Of a stretch of DNA of 64,000 nucleotides, positions 1 to 13,844 are shown piece after piece; the stretch's first letter is position 1; each line of letters opens with the position of its first letter. Made by a program: the position numbers and the translations under genes. The stretch is taken from contig OX597819.1 of NCBI GenBank assembly GCA_951406725.2, forward strand, positions 82,832,001 to 82,896,000. The letters are read 5' to 3'. This DNA comes from Octopus vulgaris. Its lineage: Eukaryota. Under the pieces are notes generated by a model, which worked only from the letters and a program-made list of their open reading frames with translations, searched no databases and had not been told where the DNA came from.

Positions 1-2002
1 TATTTTTATGCGTATATCTATACACAAGTATATTAATAAATATATGCTCATTTAACTCAGCAGATTCTAGTGCTCATCACCAGATTAATTCAATAAACCA
101 ATGTAGAAGACAACAATGAAAAGGGAGGGAGTATAGGAAGCAAATAACAAAAGAAGTGATATAAGGATACTTAATGTAAGACCGAGACAAATACAGAATC
201 TGTTATTTTGAAGCATTAAAGATATTAAAGGGGAGAAATTGAGAGCATAAGATGAAATTTTAGGCAATGAGAGAGAAAGATTTGGTACAAAGTTCCAAAT
301 CTTTTATAATTTTCAAGATTGTGGTGACTAGATTTTCTTGGACAACTGAACTTTCTCAATATCAAGTTCCCTCTGGAAGCAGCTATTATTTTGTACCTAA
401 ACACTAAGAATGTTCTCTCTTTCCTTTGCTTCCTAAACTACCTATGCTCTATGAAGAACAAAAAATACATTCAAAGAATTTCCCCGGATTGTAATTAATT
501 TCATCTTGAATTATAAAGAAATGTTTCTTTTTGTAATTAATAAGTTATAGATTAAATCATACAGAAGATGTTTTTAAAAGAATGAAATAGTTCTATTCAT
601 GATAACCTCTAAATGGAAATTCTAAGAGCTTTGTAATGGGTAAAGAAATTAAATACATGAACTCTATGCATCTTCTTTCCATTCCTTAATTTCAAATTTA
701 AATTTTGGATTTTGTCTTGTTTTGTGAGGGGACGGTAATCTCTCTGTTATTAACAGCCACAGACAGAGGGAACCACATGTAAATTCATTATACTTAACTG
801 GGTCTCATTAAGAATTTACCTGTTTTAATTTTCCCTGTTTTATTGATGTGATATTGTTTTAATTTCATTCTGACTTTTATATATTAAACCATAGCACATC
901 ATAACCTTCATAACTCTATTAATGTTCTGAAAAACTTGAATTTTCACTTTCAGATAACAATTTTTATTTATATGTTATACAACATATTATGTTTTATACA
1001 AACTGTATACAACATTTATATTTACAATGTATTATTACAAACCTTCCCTATTGTGCTTGTAGAAACCATTGTATAGAAGCTCTTATTGGGGTACTGAAAC
1101 TTCAGCATTTTGTCCAGTTTATTTACTTTCAATGCAATACATTTAACTGTGAGTGTAAATATGTTCACTTACACATGAACATATATGTGTGCATATATTC
1201 TGGATTTAAAAATAGGAAATTTTTATTTTTCTCTATCACTCTAATGGCATTCACATATTTTCTGGGTGCATGTAAAAACTATAAAGGCACAAGTCATGTG
1301 TAACAAGTCAAATAATTTTGTATTGTATGGAGTTATAGTTTTACTGTTATTCCATGTAAGTTGTAGTTCATTTCTCAGCTATTAGGATTTTTAAGGACTA
1401 GAATTCAATTTTTACTACTTTAATATTTTTTATCTATTTTTTTTTAATGATTTTGTGTGAAATAGTTATATAGTTTTCCAAACTATTCATAGTTTGCATT
1501 TGAGAACTTTATAAAAATATAAGGTAGTCTTTGCTAGAATTGAATTGTTAAGAGTCTGCTTAGAATTGTGTAAATTTCACCAATATATAACACATTATGA
1601 CATTTGCTGCTGTCATGTGGGAAATAAATGTCTGATTTTTTTAAAAATAAATTTTATGTTATTTTCAATACTTTTTACAGAAAACTACCAGATATGTTTC
1701 ATATATCATACAAAATAGTATTGTAATAGTATTTTGGCAAAGAGATAAGTTCAGATGATATTTTATACCTAGAATATTTTTGGAATTAATATCATAAGTG
1801 GCTCTGGTTTTTTCCAGTAAATATAGTATATGTTATATGAATTTTTATTTCATTTTTATTGATATTTTCCATAGTTAGCATTATGTATAAGCACTTATTT
1901 GTATTTCTCATATATCATGAAATGCTATTGCAATGTATCTGCTCATTTTAATATGAATTTTATTGCGAATTCTTTATTGTATACTGTATATAAATATATA
2001 TC

Positions 2003-2255
2003 ACAGTATCATGGTATCAACTAGGCTATCAGATGTTGTTATACATCGCTGGTTACAAAGTGTTTCACAATGTGAATGATGCCACCCCACTGGGTAGGCA
2101 AGCAGGCCAATATTTCCCTAATCATTTACATTTGAGTGAACTGGAACAATGTTAAACAAAGTGTTTTACTCAAAAATACAATGTGTTACCTGGTCCAGGA
2201 ATCAAACTAATGATCTAGCTATTGTAAGTTCAATACTCTAACAACTAGGCTATGT
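2003..2255 (-). mobile_element. Decayed tRNA-derived SINE (family with 'accagcgatgtgtaacaacatctgatag' 3' end)
   Basis: The minus strand begins with a tRNA-like head (atagcctagttgttagagtattgaac...gtttgattcctggac). Its 3' part is the reverse complement of 6225-6275. Confidence 0.6.
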
Positions 2256-2439
2256 GTGTGTGTGTGTGCTTGAGTATAATGTAAACTGGTATGGTATGTG
2301 TTCTTACATGGGCTGAGATGTAAGGCTAGAAGTTAAATTTTATTGCTGATACCCATTTGTATATAATTTAAAACGATGGCTGTTGTATTATATTTTCTTT
2401 ATGTATAGGTTATATAACTGTAAATTCTATATTAGTATC

Positions 2440-2564
2440 GATCTTTTATATATGTATATTCATACCTATATATACATGTATGTATATATATATATTTATA
2501 TATATATATATATATATAAGTATAAGTATGTGTATATGTATAGCTATATATATATGTATAAGTA

Positions 2565-2599
<35 letters not shown>

Positions 2600-2651
2600 C
2601 ATATGTATCAGTATGTGTGTATATATATATGTATGTATGTATATATATGTG

Positions 2652-2697
<46 letters not shown>
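2440..2697. repeat. Compound (TA)n/(TATG)n/(TG)n microsatellite
   Basis: Directly visible dinucleotide runs. Confidence 0.95.
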
Positions 2698-2700
<3 letters not shown>

Positions 2701-4009
2701 TGAGATCACAAATGATAAGTACTTTTGATCTTCAGGCATAAAGTAATTTGGGAAAACTTTGTACCACAGGTGAAATACTACTCAGAATATGTTGGAATTA
2801 TCAACAAATGAGGGTTTTTTTTTGTGATAATGTAGATTTTAAGTACCACTTTTAGGGTAATGCTGGAAATGGATATTGGCGATGTGTTTGAATGATTGTA
2901 TGTAACTTTCAACTCAATATTAATGATATAGTTGCCTATGATAGTGAAATGCTTTACTACTTTAATAGAGAAAATAATTTTTGCAAATTCCTGACAATGT
3001 GTGTGTGTGGTAATTTTTATTAAGATTTCATGTTTTTATAATGGTGTTGGGAATATATTCGCCTATAAATGGAGTAAGGTGTGATGTGTTAGTTAATAAA
3101 ATAAATTCATTTAGTTCATTTTTAGTTACTATAAGCTGTCACATTTTTGCATTATATTGCTTATAAACTAGTTGTATTGATTTATGGTTTATTAACTAAT
3201 TCTTTATTAGTCGTTTGTAGTTCTTTGGTTGATAATTGGCTATTCAGCATGAAAATGAATCTTGGAGTTATCTCAGAACTGTGCTAATTAAGATTTAATC
3301 TCATTTACTATGTTTATTCTTGGAAAACTACTCAGTGTATCAAGTTATGTTCATAAGGACTTAACTTCTTACCCTTTATCAAATTAGTTGTGTGATTTAA
3401 ATGCTGTGTTAATTTCTAAGAATTTGCAGTTAGTGTTGAGTTTTAATTCATGACTATGATATAGTTACTTTGCGTTTTATGTAACATTTGTGTTGAAAAA
3501 TCACGTCCATTATATAAGTTGTGTTATACTTTGTATAATATCTTTTGTGACTGTACATTTTATCTGTAGTTTTGTTCTTTCATTAGTTATGGTAGAAACC
3601 TTTGATTTAATGTTTTTATCTTTGAAATTTCTTATGTCATTATGGTAATGATTTGTTTCAATCTGATTCTTACCTTTATACAAATTTACATATTCATGTG
3701 ATAGATGCAAATCATAAAACTTGTACAAGTTTAAATATATTCCTAAAAATGCAACTAGAAGGGACACTGTATATACACTTCATATTTTGCATACATAACA
3801 TACTTGAATATTAAATAGATGGGAAACTTGACTGAATAAGATGAATATTTTTGATAAAATGAAAGGAAATTTATTAGTAAACTTTAAGCAACATTGCACC
3901 AACAATTACAGTCATTAGGCAGATGCTCTATAATTACTGAATTTGGAAAATAAGCAACCAAATCCCCTTGAATCTCACTTTATTGTCTTCAAAAAATAAG
4001 GAAATACAC

Positions 4010-4115
4010 ATCATCATCATCATCATCATTTAACATCTACTTTCCATTCTGGTATAAGTAGGATTGTTTGACAAGGAACCATCAAGCTGTAAGGTTGCAT
4101 CAGGCTTCAGTGTCA
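4010..4115 (-). mobile_element. 3' tail fragment of SINE/LINE with (GAT)n tail
   Basis: The reverse complement reads ...atggaaagtagatgttaaatgatgatgatg, homologous to the end of 8725-8922. Confidence 0.5.
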
Positions 4116-4529
4116 TCAAATTGAGTAATATTGATTAATAAGCATGTGGAAAAAATATTGCTTGGTCATTGTTGAAATACTTTTGATCATAGTTCTACCC
4201 AATTAGAGTTAGTCTGGGAGTTCAACAAGAACAACAACCACACACAATATAGAAATATATGTTACTTTAAGCTAATTCATAGAACAAGACAACTTATCAA
4301 TAAATAACATAATCCAACATTTATGCAGTTACTCAACCAGCTGAAAATGGCAACCATGTTCCTTCAGTTCATATTCTATCATCAAATAAAAAGCAAAACA
4401 CATTGTCTAATGTAATCCTAGAGGGTTAGCAATAGATTGGATAGTCATGAGTTGAATGTTATGATCATAAATCTATTGAGTCTGGGTTGACATGATGTTA
4501 AACAACAATAGTAACAAATAAATTGTTGA

Positions 4530-4957
4530 CATGGCTGTAGGATTAAGAAGTTTGCTTAGTATCCATGTAGTTTCAGAATCAGTCCCACTGTATGGAACCT
4601 TGAATAAGTGTCTTTTATAACACTCCTGGGTTAGCCAATGACTTATGAGTGAATTTAGTAAACAGAAACTATGCAAAAGCTCCTCACACACACATATGTG
4701 TGTGTGCAAGTGCATGTATGTGTGTGTCTTTTTTGCCTGTTTGTCCCCAACTTACTATCACCACCAATTAACAATCATTGTTAGTTTATTTACGTCCTTA
4801 TAGCTTAGTGATTTCAGCAAAAGAGACCAATAGAATAAGTACCAGACTTTAAAAAAATAATAAGCTTTGGGGTCAATTTGTTCAGCTAAACCTTTCAAGG
4901 CAACGCTCCAAACTGGCTGCAGTCCAATGACTAAAACAACTAAAAGATAAAAGATAC
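4530..4957 (+). mobile_element. tRNA-derived SINE with internal microsatellite (family A; tail ...gcagtc.aatgactgaaacaagtaaaaga)
   Basis: Colinear with 61863-62289: head, (CA/TG) tract, body 'gcaaaagagaccaatagaataagtaccag', tail 'ctgcagtccaatgactaaaacaactaaaagataaaaga'. Confidence 0.8.
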
Positions 4958-5979
4958 AGAAAATGAATTAGAGAAATACATGGAGAAGCATGTAGAAGAA
5001 GATATATTTTTATAGTTGTCTATGTATATATTAAATATTTACACATTAACACACCTGTTAAAACTTGTAATTTTTCAGTACAGATTTGCATTTAACAAAC
5101 AATATAATTACTACATAGAAGGAGTGTGATTGGTAGTATTTTAATTGTGTTATCAAATTTTGGCAGCAAAACTGGCAATCCTTATTGAGTAATCTACAAA
5201 CTTCACAGAATAAAATCCAGAACCTAGGAAAACTGGTACTAAGTCTATAAGAGGAGCCATAGAAAAATCCTTTCAGTTGATTATCATGAAGAATAAAAAA
5301 ACTCACAATTTTTATGTCCTTGCACTTCATTTCAGAGTAAGAAAAGAAGAGAAAGTGAAGTTGCTTGGTTGCAAATTAGAAACAATTGTTTTCTTTATTA
5401 TTTTCTTTTACTGGATTGCAGCCAGAGTGACAACCACACCTCCTTTCTCTACCTTCACTCACAGTCTGGAATGCTAGATCCTACTCCTGATAACTGGACT
5501 AATTAAACACATCTAAAACCTCTGCTACAAACTTCATAAGAGTATTCAAATGATGTAGCTGTTACATATTACTGTCATTATGACACTGATAACAATTCAA
5601 CAATATTTCTAAATATAATATTTTAAAATAATTGTTACTCCTCTGTCATTGTTTCAAATTGTTTTCTCTGTTCATCAAAAGACTTTGGTATTTTGCCAAG
5701 TTTCATTGTATCAGTAATAACTGCCAACCAATAGCCCTAATTGAACTTATCACTTCCTGAGTTTCTTTCCTTACATAAAGTGTTTGAATAGTTAAACTAC
5801 ATATTCTTGCTATTGTACACACATACCACACACACACACACATGCACACACGCACACAAACATATACTCATCAACTAGACAAAGTCGTTATACAGACATA
5901 CACATTCTGCTTTCATTTTTCTCTTGATTGACTCTTTCCTTTTCCATCTAGGTATGTTTATTTACTACATGCTCTTTTG

Positions 5980-5982
<3 letters not shown>

Positions 5983-6034
<52 letters not shown>

Positions 6035-6132
6035 CATATCATACATACATACATACATACATACATACATACATACATACATACACAGGTATGTCATATT
6101 GTCCGTTTGCTGCATTTTTATTTAATCCTGAA

Positions 6133-6160
<28 letters not shown>
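5983..6160. repeat. (TA)n + (TACA)n microsatellites with short unique insert
   Basis: Directly visible. Confidence 0.9.
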
Positions 6161-6163
<3 letters not shown>

Positions 6164-6278
6164 TGCTCACCTAGCCAGAAGGGTCACATCATTTGAAGGC
6201 TAAAACAATACAAAACACGTTCTGACCAGCGATGTGTAACAACATCTGATAGTCTGGTCGGTCACATGATCACATGTG
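6161..6278 (+). mobile_element. SINE 3' fragment (same family as 2003-2255)
   Basis: gcctgctcacctagccag...gaccagcgatgtgtaacaacatctgatagtctggtc is the reverse complement of 2010-2110. Confidence 0.6.
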
Positions 6279-7017
6279 TTATATATATAGTTATATATAT
6301 ACATGTGGTCTCATAAGCCATTAGATCATGTGCTTGTGATTATGGTTTTGTTTAGCGATGCAAAACAGTTTATGTTGAAGTAGTAAGAATTTGCAATTTA
6401 ATATGCAGAAATTGGTAAAATAGGTACGAAACTGAAATAAGTACCAGGACCAATTTTATTGACTAAAACACCTGAGAAAGGTGTTCTATTAATGTTTCAC
6501 TCTAATAAGCGTAACTAGTACAAGAATAAAAAAAATCTCATTTTAAAGTTAAAAAGCAAGACTCTTCCAACCAAACTTTCTCCAAGCTGTCCTTATGGAA
6601 ATATTTTAACAGACTTTGACACCAACAAAATACCACTTACATTGCTGCTGCCATTGCTTATGGTGAAGACATATGCCATTGCATGCAAACATTATATAGC
6701 TAGGTGAACTGAGCTATTAAGATTTATATGTCTTTACCATGCTGCAGCATTATTAGCAATATGCAAACCTTTGAACATTCCGTCATTAAATTTTTGCTCA
6801 ACTGTCTAAATGAGTAGATTTTATTCCCAAATATATGTACATTGAAGTTGACCTTTTATACATTTAATGTTGAAAACATGATTAACTATATGGCCAGTTA
6901 ATTTATTAATGTTTTCTGACAACTGATAGTTTGTAAATGTGTGTATGTGTGTAATATATAATGTGTATATCTACATAAATAAATACATACATATCTATAG
7001 ATTTATCTATACATACA

Positions 7018-7051
<34 letters not shown>

Positions 7052-7664
7052 TATTAAAGATTAAAGCCAGCAATATCTTTTCTTTCTCAACATTTTATTA
7101 CTCATTTTCAAAGGATATTTATTAACAGTATTGATATACTTCAAATGTGACTGATGGAATCATTATTTTTTTCTCTTGTGTTATGTTACTATTATACTGC
7201 TTGCTGGTTGTTTGGTTGGTTACAATGTCAGTTAGATTTGTGTGCAAGAATTTTTTATATATATTACTATCAAAGCGGAGGTTGTTGTCTTTAGATTTCC
7301 GTTCCATTTTCATTATGAGTAGGGAATTACATTGATTTTGTTATACTGTGGTACAAGACCACTAATTTATGGAGAAAGCATCTGACTGAATTTGACACCT
7401 TGTATGTTATTACTTATGCTTATTTTATTGAGATACCATAAAATGAAACACTAAGTCAATCCCAGTGGAATTAGAGCTTAGACAATTTGGTAGCAAATTA
7501 GTGGAGTCGTGCAAGCAGTGTAATTTATTTTCAATATTCTCTACGTGTCTTAGAAACAAGTGATGACTAGTAACAAGAAATTCATCTGGCTGTAGGAAAA
7601 TTGGTCTGTCCAACTCATGCAAGTATTGAAAAATGGACATTAATATGACAAAGATGAAGTTTAG

Positions 7665-7810
7665 ACTTAGGACAAAATACCTTGCAGTATCTGTTCTGGC
7701 TCAGTGTGCTCTGTATTTCAATCCCACTGAAGTTAACTTTGTCTTTCATCCATTAAAGATTAATGAAATAAAGTAGCAATCCAGGACAGTGGATTAGGGG
7801 AATTAGTGTC
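7665..7810 (+). mobile_element. Decayed SINE (family B, central 'actttgcctttcatcc' domain)
   Basis: gaagttaactttgtctttcatcc...gaaataaagtagca matches the copies at 15271 and 42600-43330. Confidence 0.5.
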
Positions 7811-8554
7811 TCAGCCAAGATCTCTTTTGATATTTGTTCCAGTATGTTGCATTTTGAGCTCTTGCATATCTGACTCAATCAGTTTGTCTAAAACAACCAC
7901 TTGGTCTTGGAGTACATTTAATAAATCCAGCTCTACTACAAGCATTGGACCAGATTTATAGTTTGGAATAGCTTTTTCCCTTCTAACATTCTCAGGAGCA
8001 CTGAAGAAATAAACATATAAGTAGGTACTTAACCCTTTCCCTCCTTGACAACCCTCATATAAAATAGTTTCCACAGGTTCATATTTATAACAACCACAAC
8101 ACAAAATAGTGCAATTTCACAAACTAGCAAACATGCCTGTATATAGTTGCTCAATTTATTGGAGATAGCAACTAAATTCACTAAAACCATACCTTACCAT
8201 CATGAAAAAGTAAGAGTACATCGGATAATGTAATCTTGGATATATTTTGTGAAAGAATCAGATAGAATGATTATGACTAGAATATGTCAACAACAACAAC
8301 TTAGGTTCACATACTGAAATAAATGTAATATCTAATGAACATAGTAGTAAAGCTTATAGTTGAGAAAAATATAGAAATCTTTTTAAGTAAACATCAAATG
8401 TATTTTCAAAATGTTGCACTTTATATAACATAAACATATATAAATGTAACTTGAATAGATGAAGAAAATTATAATAAGATAACTATATAATAGGATAACT
8501 ATATTAAAGATCCATAGAATTTCTTTCAGCTAAAGGAATCTCATATGACAGTCA

Positions 8555-8651
8555 TTAAATATACACACACATATATGCATATATGTATATACATGTGTGT
8601 GTGTGTGGATATATATATGTATATATATATTTACTGTTACATAGAGAAGAC

Positions 8652-8722
<71 letters not shown>
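8555..8722. repeat. (TA)n-dominated compound microsatellite
   Basis: Directly visible. Confidence 0.95.
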
Positions 8723-8724
<2 letters not shown>

Positions 8725-8726
<2 letters not shown>

Positions 8727-8922
8727 GCCGGTGACACGTAAAAGCACCCACTACACTCTTGGTGTAGTTGGCATTAGAAAGGGCATCCAGCTGTAGAAAC
8801 TCTGCCAGATCAGGACTGGAGCCTGGTGCAGCCATCTGGTTCGCCAGCCTATAGTCAAACCATCCAAACCCATGCTAGCATGGAAAGCGGACGTCAAACG
8901 ACAACGATGATGAAGATGATGA
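8725..8922 (+). mobile_element. Relatively young SINE 3' portion with RTE-type tail and (GAT)n end
   Basis: CpG-retaining: ...gaaagggcatccagctgtagaaac...cccatgctagcatggaaagcggacgtcaaacgacaacgatgatgaagatgatg. Related tails occur at 4010, 12540-12630, 31933, 33720-33845 and 52740-52850. Confidence 0.7.
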
Positions 8923-8968
8923 TATATACATACTTGCACACACACACGCACACACACATTCTGCTGAA

Positions 8969-9324
8969 TATAAAGTGTTGAGTCAAAATTTATACCAATA
9001 TTTTGGTAACTTTTTTGCTTTATTTGTTAAGTTACAATAAAAAGTATTCAAAGTAGAGGTCGACGTGTTGCACCATCTAAAGCCGTATTTCTGTCAGTTT
9101 TTTATCCTATGCTATTACCAGTTTCTATCCTTTGAGGTGAAGAAATCCTTCACTGATGCTTACATATCCTCTTGACTGATGAAGCATCGCAAATGCAGGA
9201 AGGTAGCTTCAGACAGTGTAGCATGATGGCATTTACTTTGAATGTTAGGTAGTGTTTGTTGTAACTTGACAATTAAAGCAAATAAGTTACCAAAATATTG
9301 CAAAACTTTTGATTCACCACCATA
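8969..9324. mobile_element. Tc1/mariner-type MITE with long imperfect TIRs
   Basis: Left tataaagtgttgagtcaaaatttataccaatattttggtaacttttttgctttatttgttaagttacaa pairs with the reverse complement of right ttgtaacttgacaattaaagcaaataagttaccaaaatattgcaaaacttttgattcaccaccata. TA at both ends; no ORF. Confidence 0.7.
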
Positions 9325-12300
9325 TCAAAAGGTCAAAACAAATGTGTGTGTGTGTATCTGAGTAAATGTTGACATTTGCACTTTGTTTAGATAAGTGTTG
9401 AGCTATAAACATAGACATACATATACATTTGTTGACACAGTCTAACAATTTGTGAACTAATCATTTGCTAGCTCTGTGCTTCTGAAGTTAAATGGAGTAA
9501 AAAAAACGTTCCCTACTTGAGAAACAGATATGAGTTAGAGACAGAAAGACCTCCAGCTGTAAGAGAACACCTCAATAAGAGATTTGTAAACTCAAATGAA
9601 TTGTATAGACTGGAAGGAAATGAATATTGAGAAGAGAAATAGGATGAGCTGGTAGGATCATGTGCTAGGATGAATAAAAGTAACCAGTTGAGAAGAGCGA
9701 AAGTAATGAATGTAGAGGTGAGCAAAGACTGAGAAAGACATGGCTAATGATAATAGAGAAGAAAATGAGGGCAAGGAAAGTGGTGAAGTGACATATATTG
9801 AGCAGTGGAGAAGACTGTCATGGATCTTACAGAGTCTGTGATAGTTTTCTCTATGTAAGGTCAACCCTTGTTTTAGCTGGAAAAGTAGCCTAACAACACT
9901 TGTTATGGTGTTGTGTATAAATCATTTTATTAAAAGCTTTACTACAGTTTTCATACTTTGAGAAAATCATGAAAATGCTTGATCTTATTTCCAATTATAA
10001 AATGTATGGCTTTAGGTTTGATTTTAAAAATCAATACAGAGTACATCAGCATCACATTTCATAAGAATTTAAATTTTTAAACCTTTTCGGCTACCAGAAC
10101 AAAAATATATTAGTTTAAAATATTTTCCCAAAGATTTTATTTCTTTGAATTCTTCTATTAATTTTAATAGTCATAAATTTTTCCATAAGAATTGAAAATA
10201 TATGATAAATAGTAAACCATTTTCTACATGAAATATTATTTAACTAACTAATTAGTGCATAATTACTTTGATGGCTCTAAATTATGATAGACCAGATTAA
10301 TAAATTTAAAATTGAAAAGAAAATAACTGAAGCAGGATTTTAAACATTTTTCCTGAATAAATTTTATAGAAACATCTATTAAAAATAACATATTCAATTA
10401 AAGTAGAGTAAAATCTCAAATCTAAAGAAACCAGTAGCAGCTTGTATTGACAACAATTAATCAATAGTAAAATTCATAGACGTGTTGGATAAATTTAGTT
10501 GCCATGAAGAGTGTATCATATGAGAGAGAGAAATAAAAGAAGTGGTTCATAGCTAACTGATCAATTAAGCATGAATTGGGTTCCTTTCCCACTAAACTAT
10601 ACCTCCAAGGATGTCATTTAAATGAAAGATTGATATAAACAACAGTCCAATGATGAATGAATATTATATAAGTCTTGAATATACAATTAATATTATGCTA
10701 TTGAATAATTTAATTTACTGGAGCAATACTCTACATCAGAGGTAAATTCTAGTAATCAAAGTTCACAGCAGCTAATTTGCATTTCCCTTTACTTACATTG
10801 GTAATGACTTTGGAAAAGATATGAATATCTCACAATATTCAATGGTGGATAGCATCCATCCTTGAAACTGAAGCCATTAACCTCTTTAGGAAATCAATAT
10901 CTGGATTTCATGACCTTGTGATGCATTGAAAAGAATTATTCAAATTTCATGTCATACACGTCCATCTCTTTGAAGAAAATACAATAGCATTAGTTTGGAT
11001 GCTTTCGTAGATATGATAGTTACCTTTTCCATTAGTTGTAGAAATTTGAAATTCTATTTTATACTTATAAATATTTTGTTTTTGTATTATGTCCTGAATG
11101 AACTATATGCATTTCTGTTTGATAACTCTTACTGAGTGCAATATAAAAGTTATGTTGTTTAAAGACGATTTTAGTATGTAACTATAATTACTTTTCAGCA
11201 TGGATTTGCATATGTACATGATATTTAGTTTCTTTCATTCATTCATTGTTAGAAATGGTATCTTGACACTTCTATAATTTTATTTTTGTTCTATTTATTT
11301 TTAATATTCATTCTGAATTTGGAGGCAAAAGTAATGAAATATCATTATAAATTTAATTCCCATGATATCTAGTATTGTGAAACAGCTGAAACACTGACAA
11401 AAATGCCAGATTTTATTATTGTATTTACAAAAAAAAAGAAAAAATTATTCTGTCGACTTTTTCTTCCTCATTAGTCAGAGAATGAACAAGCACTGCATGA
11501 CACCAACCTATTTTATTTATTATAGGAAATTTTCTGATCAGATTAAAGAAGCTTACAAGAAATAGTTTTTACCTTCCTTAATTTAAACTGTACTGATTGT
11601 CAAACTCTAATTCTATTAATTTTATATTGTATTGGCTGAGGAGCATTTCCAAAAGCAGTGTTTATGTAATTCATCGAAACTGGTTATTTTTGGTCTATGA
11701 TTAAACACCACAGGTATCACTAATTACCATTATCATTATCATAACACTGTACATTTGTTTACTTTAAAAATATTATGATAAACTGTTTTAGATTACTAAA
11801 ATTTTACTGTAGCTGGTTAAATATTTCTATTTAGCTTTAGGTTATTTTTAAGATAGGAATCTATGGTAGGTTTTTTATTGATGTCCTTATACAGCCTGTT
11901 GAGTGATTTGGCTTGTCTTTATTTATCTGATGATATTACATTTGCAATTATGTTTATGAAAATAATTGATTGCTAAGTGCTCAAGATCTAAGAAATGTTG
12001 TCATTATTTTGATTACATAAAACTTCAGTACTTTAGAAAAGAGAAAAAATCTATCTTGTACTATACTATTCAATTATATATGAAAGATAGTTTGGGTGAT
12101 TTACTTAATCTTGAAGAATGGAGCTTATGGTTATATTGGAATTATTTACCTTTCTTATTTGTAAATATTCTCATAGCAAGTGATATGAAATATCTTGCAA
12201 CTCTTTTTATCTTATAAATTTTATAATGAAAACAGCCTTGAGCATATGTCTGCATATCTGTGTATGTGTGTTTGTGCTTGTGTATGCATTTACACAGTGT

Positions 12301-13399
12301 ACACAGTACAGTGTAAAGGTTAAATAAGTGTTTTCCTTAAAAATTGTCACTACGCTTTCTAACTATAAATATAATAACTAAAGTAATAAATATAAATATA
12401 CAGTAACTCATAATTAGAAATGTATTTTGAGTTGTACCCTTGTTTACTAATTACACAGTTATATGGAATAAGCAAGCACTGTGTGTGTGGTTATGAACCT
12501 TTGGAATATATAAATCCCTTGCTTGAAAGACTTTTGAGGGTGAACAACAGGAAGAACATCCAACTATAAAATCTTGCCTTAAAATCAATTTCTATCCAAG
12601 CTGTACTAGCATGGATAAATGGATGTTAAATGAATAAATTAATGACATACATATGTAAAATATGACAGACACTAAAAGGTTATTAATATTATTTGATCAG
12701 CAACAGATTTCACAAGCTTGTGGAGAAGCAGTGCTTTTTTAAGCACAAACACATCAGAAAGGAAGGCATAAATATTAAGAAACCATGGCAATTTACTCTG
12801 GAAAATTCTGCAATAAGAGCTTGTTTAACCTGTATAAACTGAATCTCTGTACACTGGCTGGCTGGTTACAGCTTGCATCTGAGGAAATCAGTAAGGATTT
12901 CTGATAAAGGTGAAAGTAACAGATATTATTTGAATATAATATTTGTTAGACCAATGGTTAATTAGCCAGCTATTCACAGTTTAAAGTCATGATCTATTCC
13001 ATGCACAAAATATTGATCAATCAAGTCAAGTTAGACTGAAGCTAAAAGAGGATGCTTGATTAGTGCTTTTTGTTTTACCATTTATTCATTAATATCTCAA
13101 CAAGGTCTTTTAGCAAGTGAAAAGCATTTATGATACAAGACCCAAAGCAATTCACCAAATGTTTCCAAGATCACTTTGCAGATGAGACTGAAGACTGGAA
13201 TCTAGACTAGTGGCCCTAGAGATTTTCCTAATAAGCCTACAATGGTTGTCAAAAGATGTGGAGTGATAAACTAAAAAAAATGCAACATTAACTGGCAATG
13301 ACGATCAAAGATATGAAGAAATTCTTCAAAGAATTTTCAAACTTGTTCATTCCAGTCTTGAGAAATTTGTACCAGATCATTTTGTTTTTATCCAAAGGA

Positions 13400-13625
13400 G
13401 TTACATCTACTCCATTTTTCATCACATTGGCTTGGTAGTCCTGAGTAAATAAGCTTTGATCTCGAAAAACAAAGATGAAGCCTTTGGTCCCTGCCTTTAA
13501 CCTCAAGCTTTGTAGCCACTGATGAGTGTGCATTTCATCAACATCAGCTTGTTTGGAACAGGCCACATATTTACCATACAGAGATTTCTGCTCCCATCTC
13601 TCAGCCAATTATTCATGCTGGCCTT
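13400..13625 (-). mobile_element. Fragment of R4/Dong-like (RLE) non-LTR retrotransposon
   Basis: Translation ERWEQKSLYGKY...THQWLQSLRLKAGTKGFIFVFRDQSLFT matches the W..K.LHG / WL..G.LK.ETEG.I.A.QDQ.L.T block preceding the CCHC knuckle of RLE elements. Confidence 0.65.
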
Positions 13626-13675
13626 ATGTCAAAATTTGAAACCATTATTATCATTATTATTGTTGTTGTTGTTGT

Positions 13676-13838
13676 CTGAAACATAAGCACAAGGCCCAAA
13701 ATTTGGGAAGGAGTTAGCTAATGCTATTCATTCCAGTACTTGACTGGTAAACTAAAGCGCAAGTGAAGTTCTGGAGTTGATAGTATCAAATAACTTCCTC
13801 CCTCAAAATTTCAGGTCTTGTGCCTATGTTAGAAGCAA
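13676..13838. repeat. Inverted pair of SINE 3' tails
   Basis: ctgaaacataagcacaaggcccaaaatttgggaaggagtta aligns with the reverse complement of taacttcctccctcaaaatttcaggtcttgtgcctatgttagaa. Confidence 0.55.
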
Positions 13839-13844
13839 TTTTTA

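Noticed and set aside
2383-2703. ORFs rich in YI/IY/CV/HT dipeptides (also at 5977, 8530, 25025, 33259, 44794, 46013, 48600, 55640, 61019 etc.)
   Set aside because: These are translations of (TA)n/(TG)n/(CA)n microsatellites, which lack stop codons; they are not genes.
5320-5345. tttcAG-A-GTAAGA (also 57315-57335) as 1-nt exons
   Set aside because: Would frameshift; expected by chance in AT-rich DNA.
7147-7335. Hydrophobic ORF as a possible transmembrane first exon of agrin
   Set aside because: The hydrophobicity is explained by T-rich composition; GTG start and no convincing donor.
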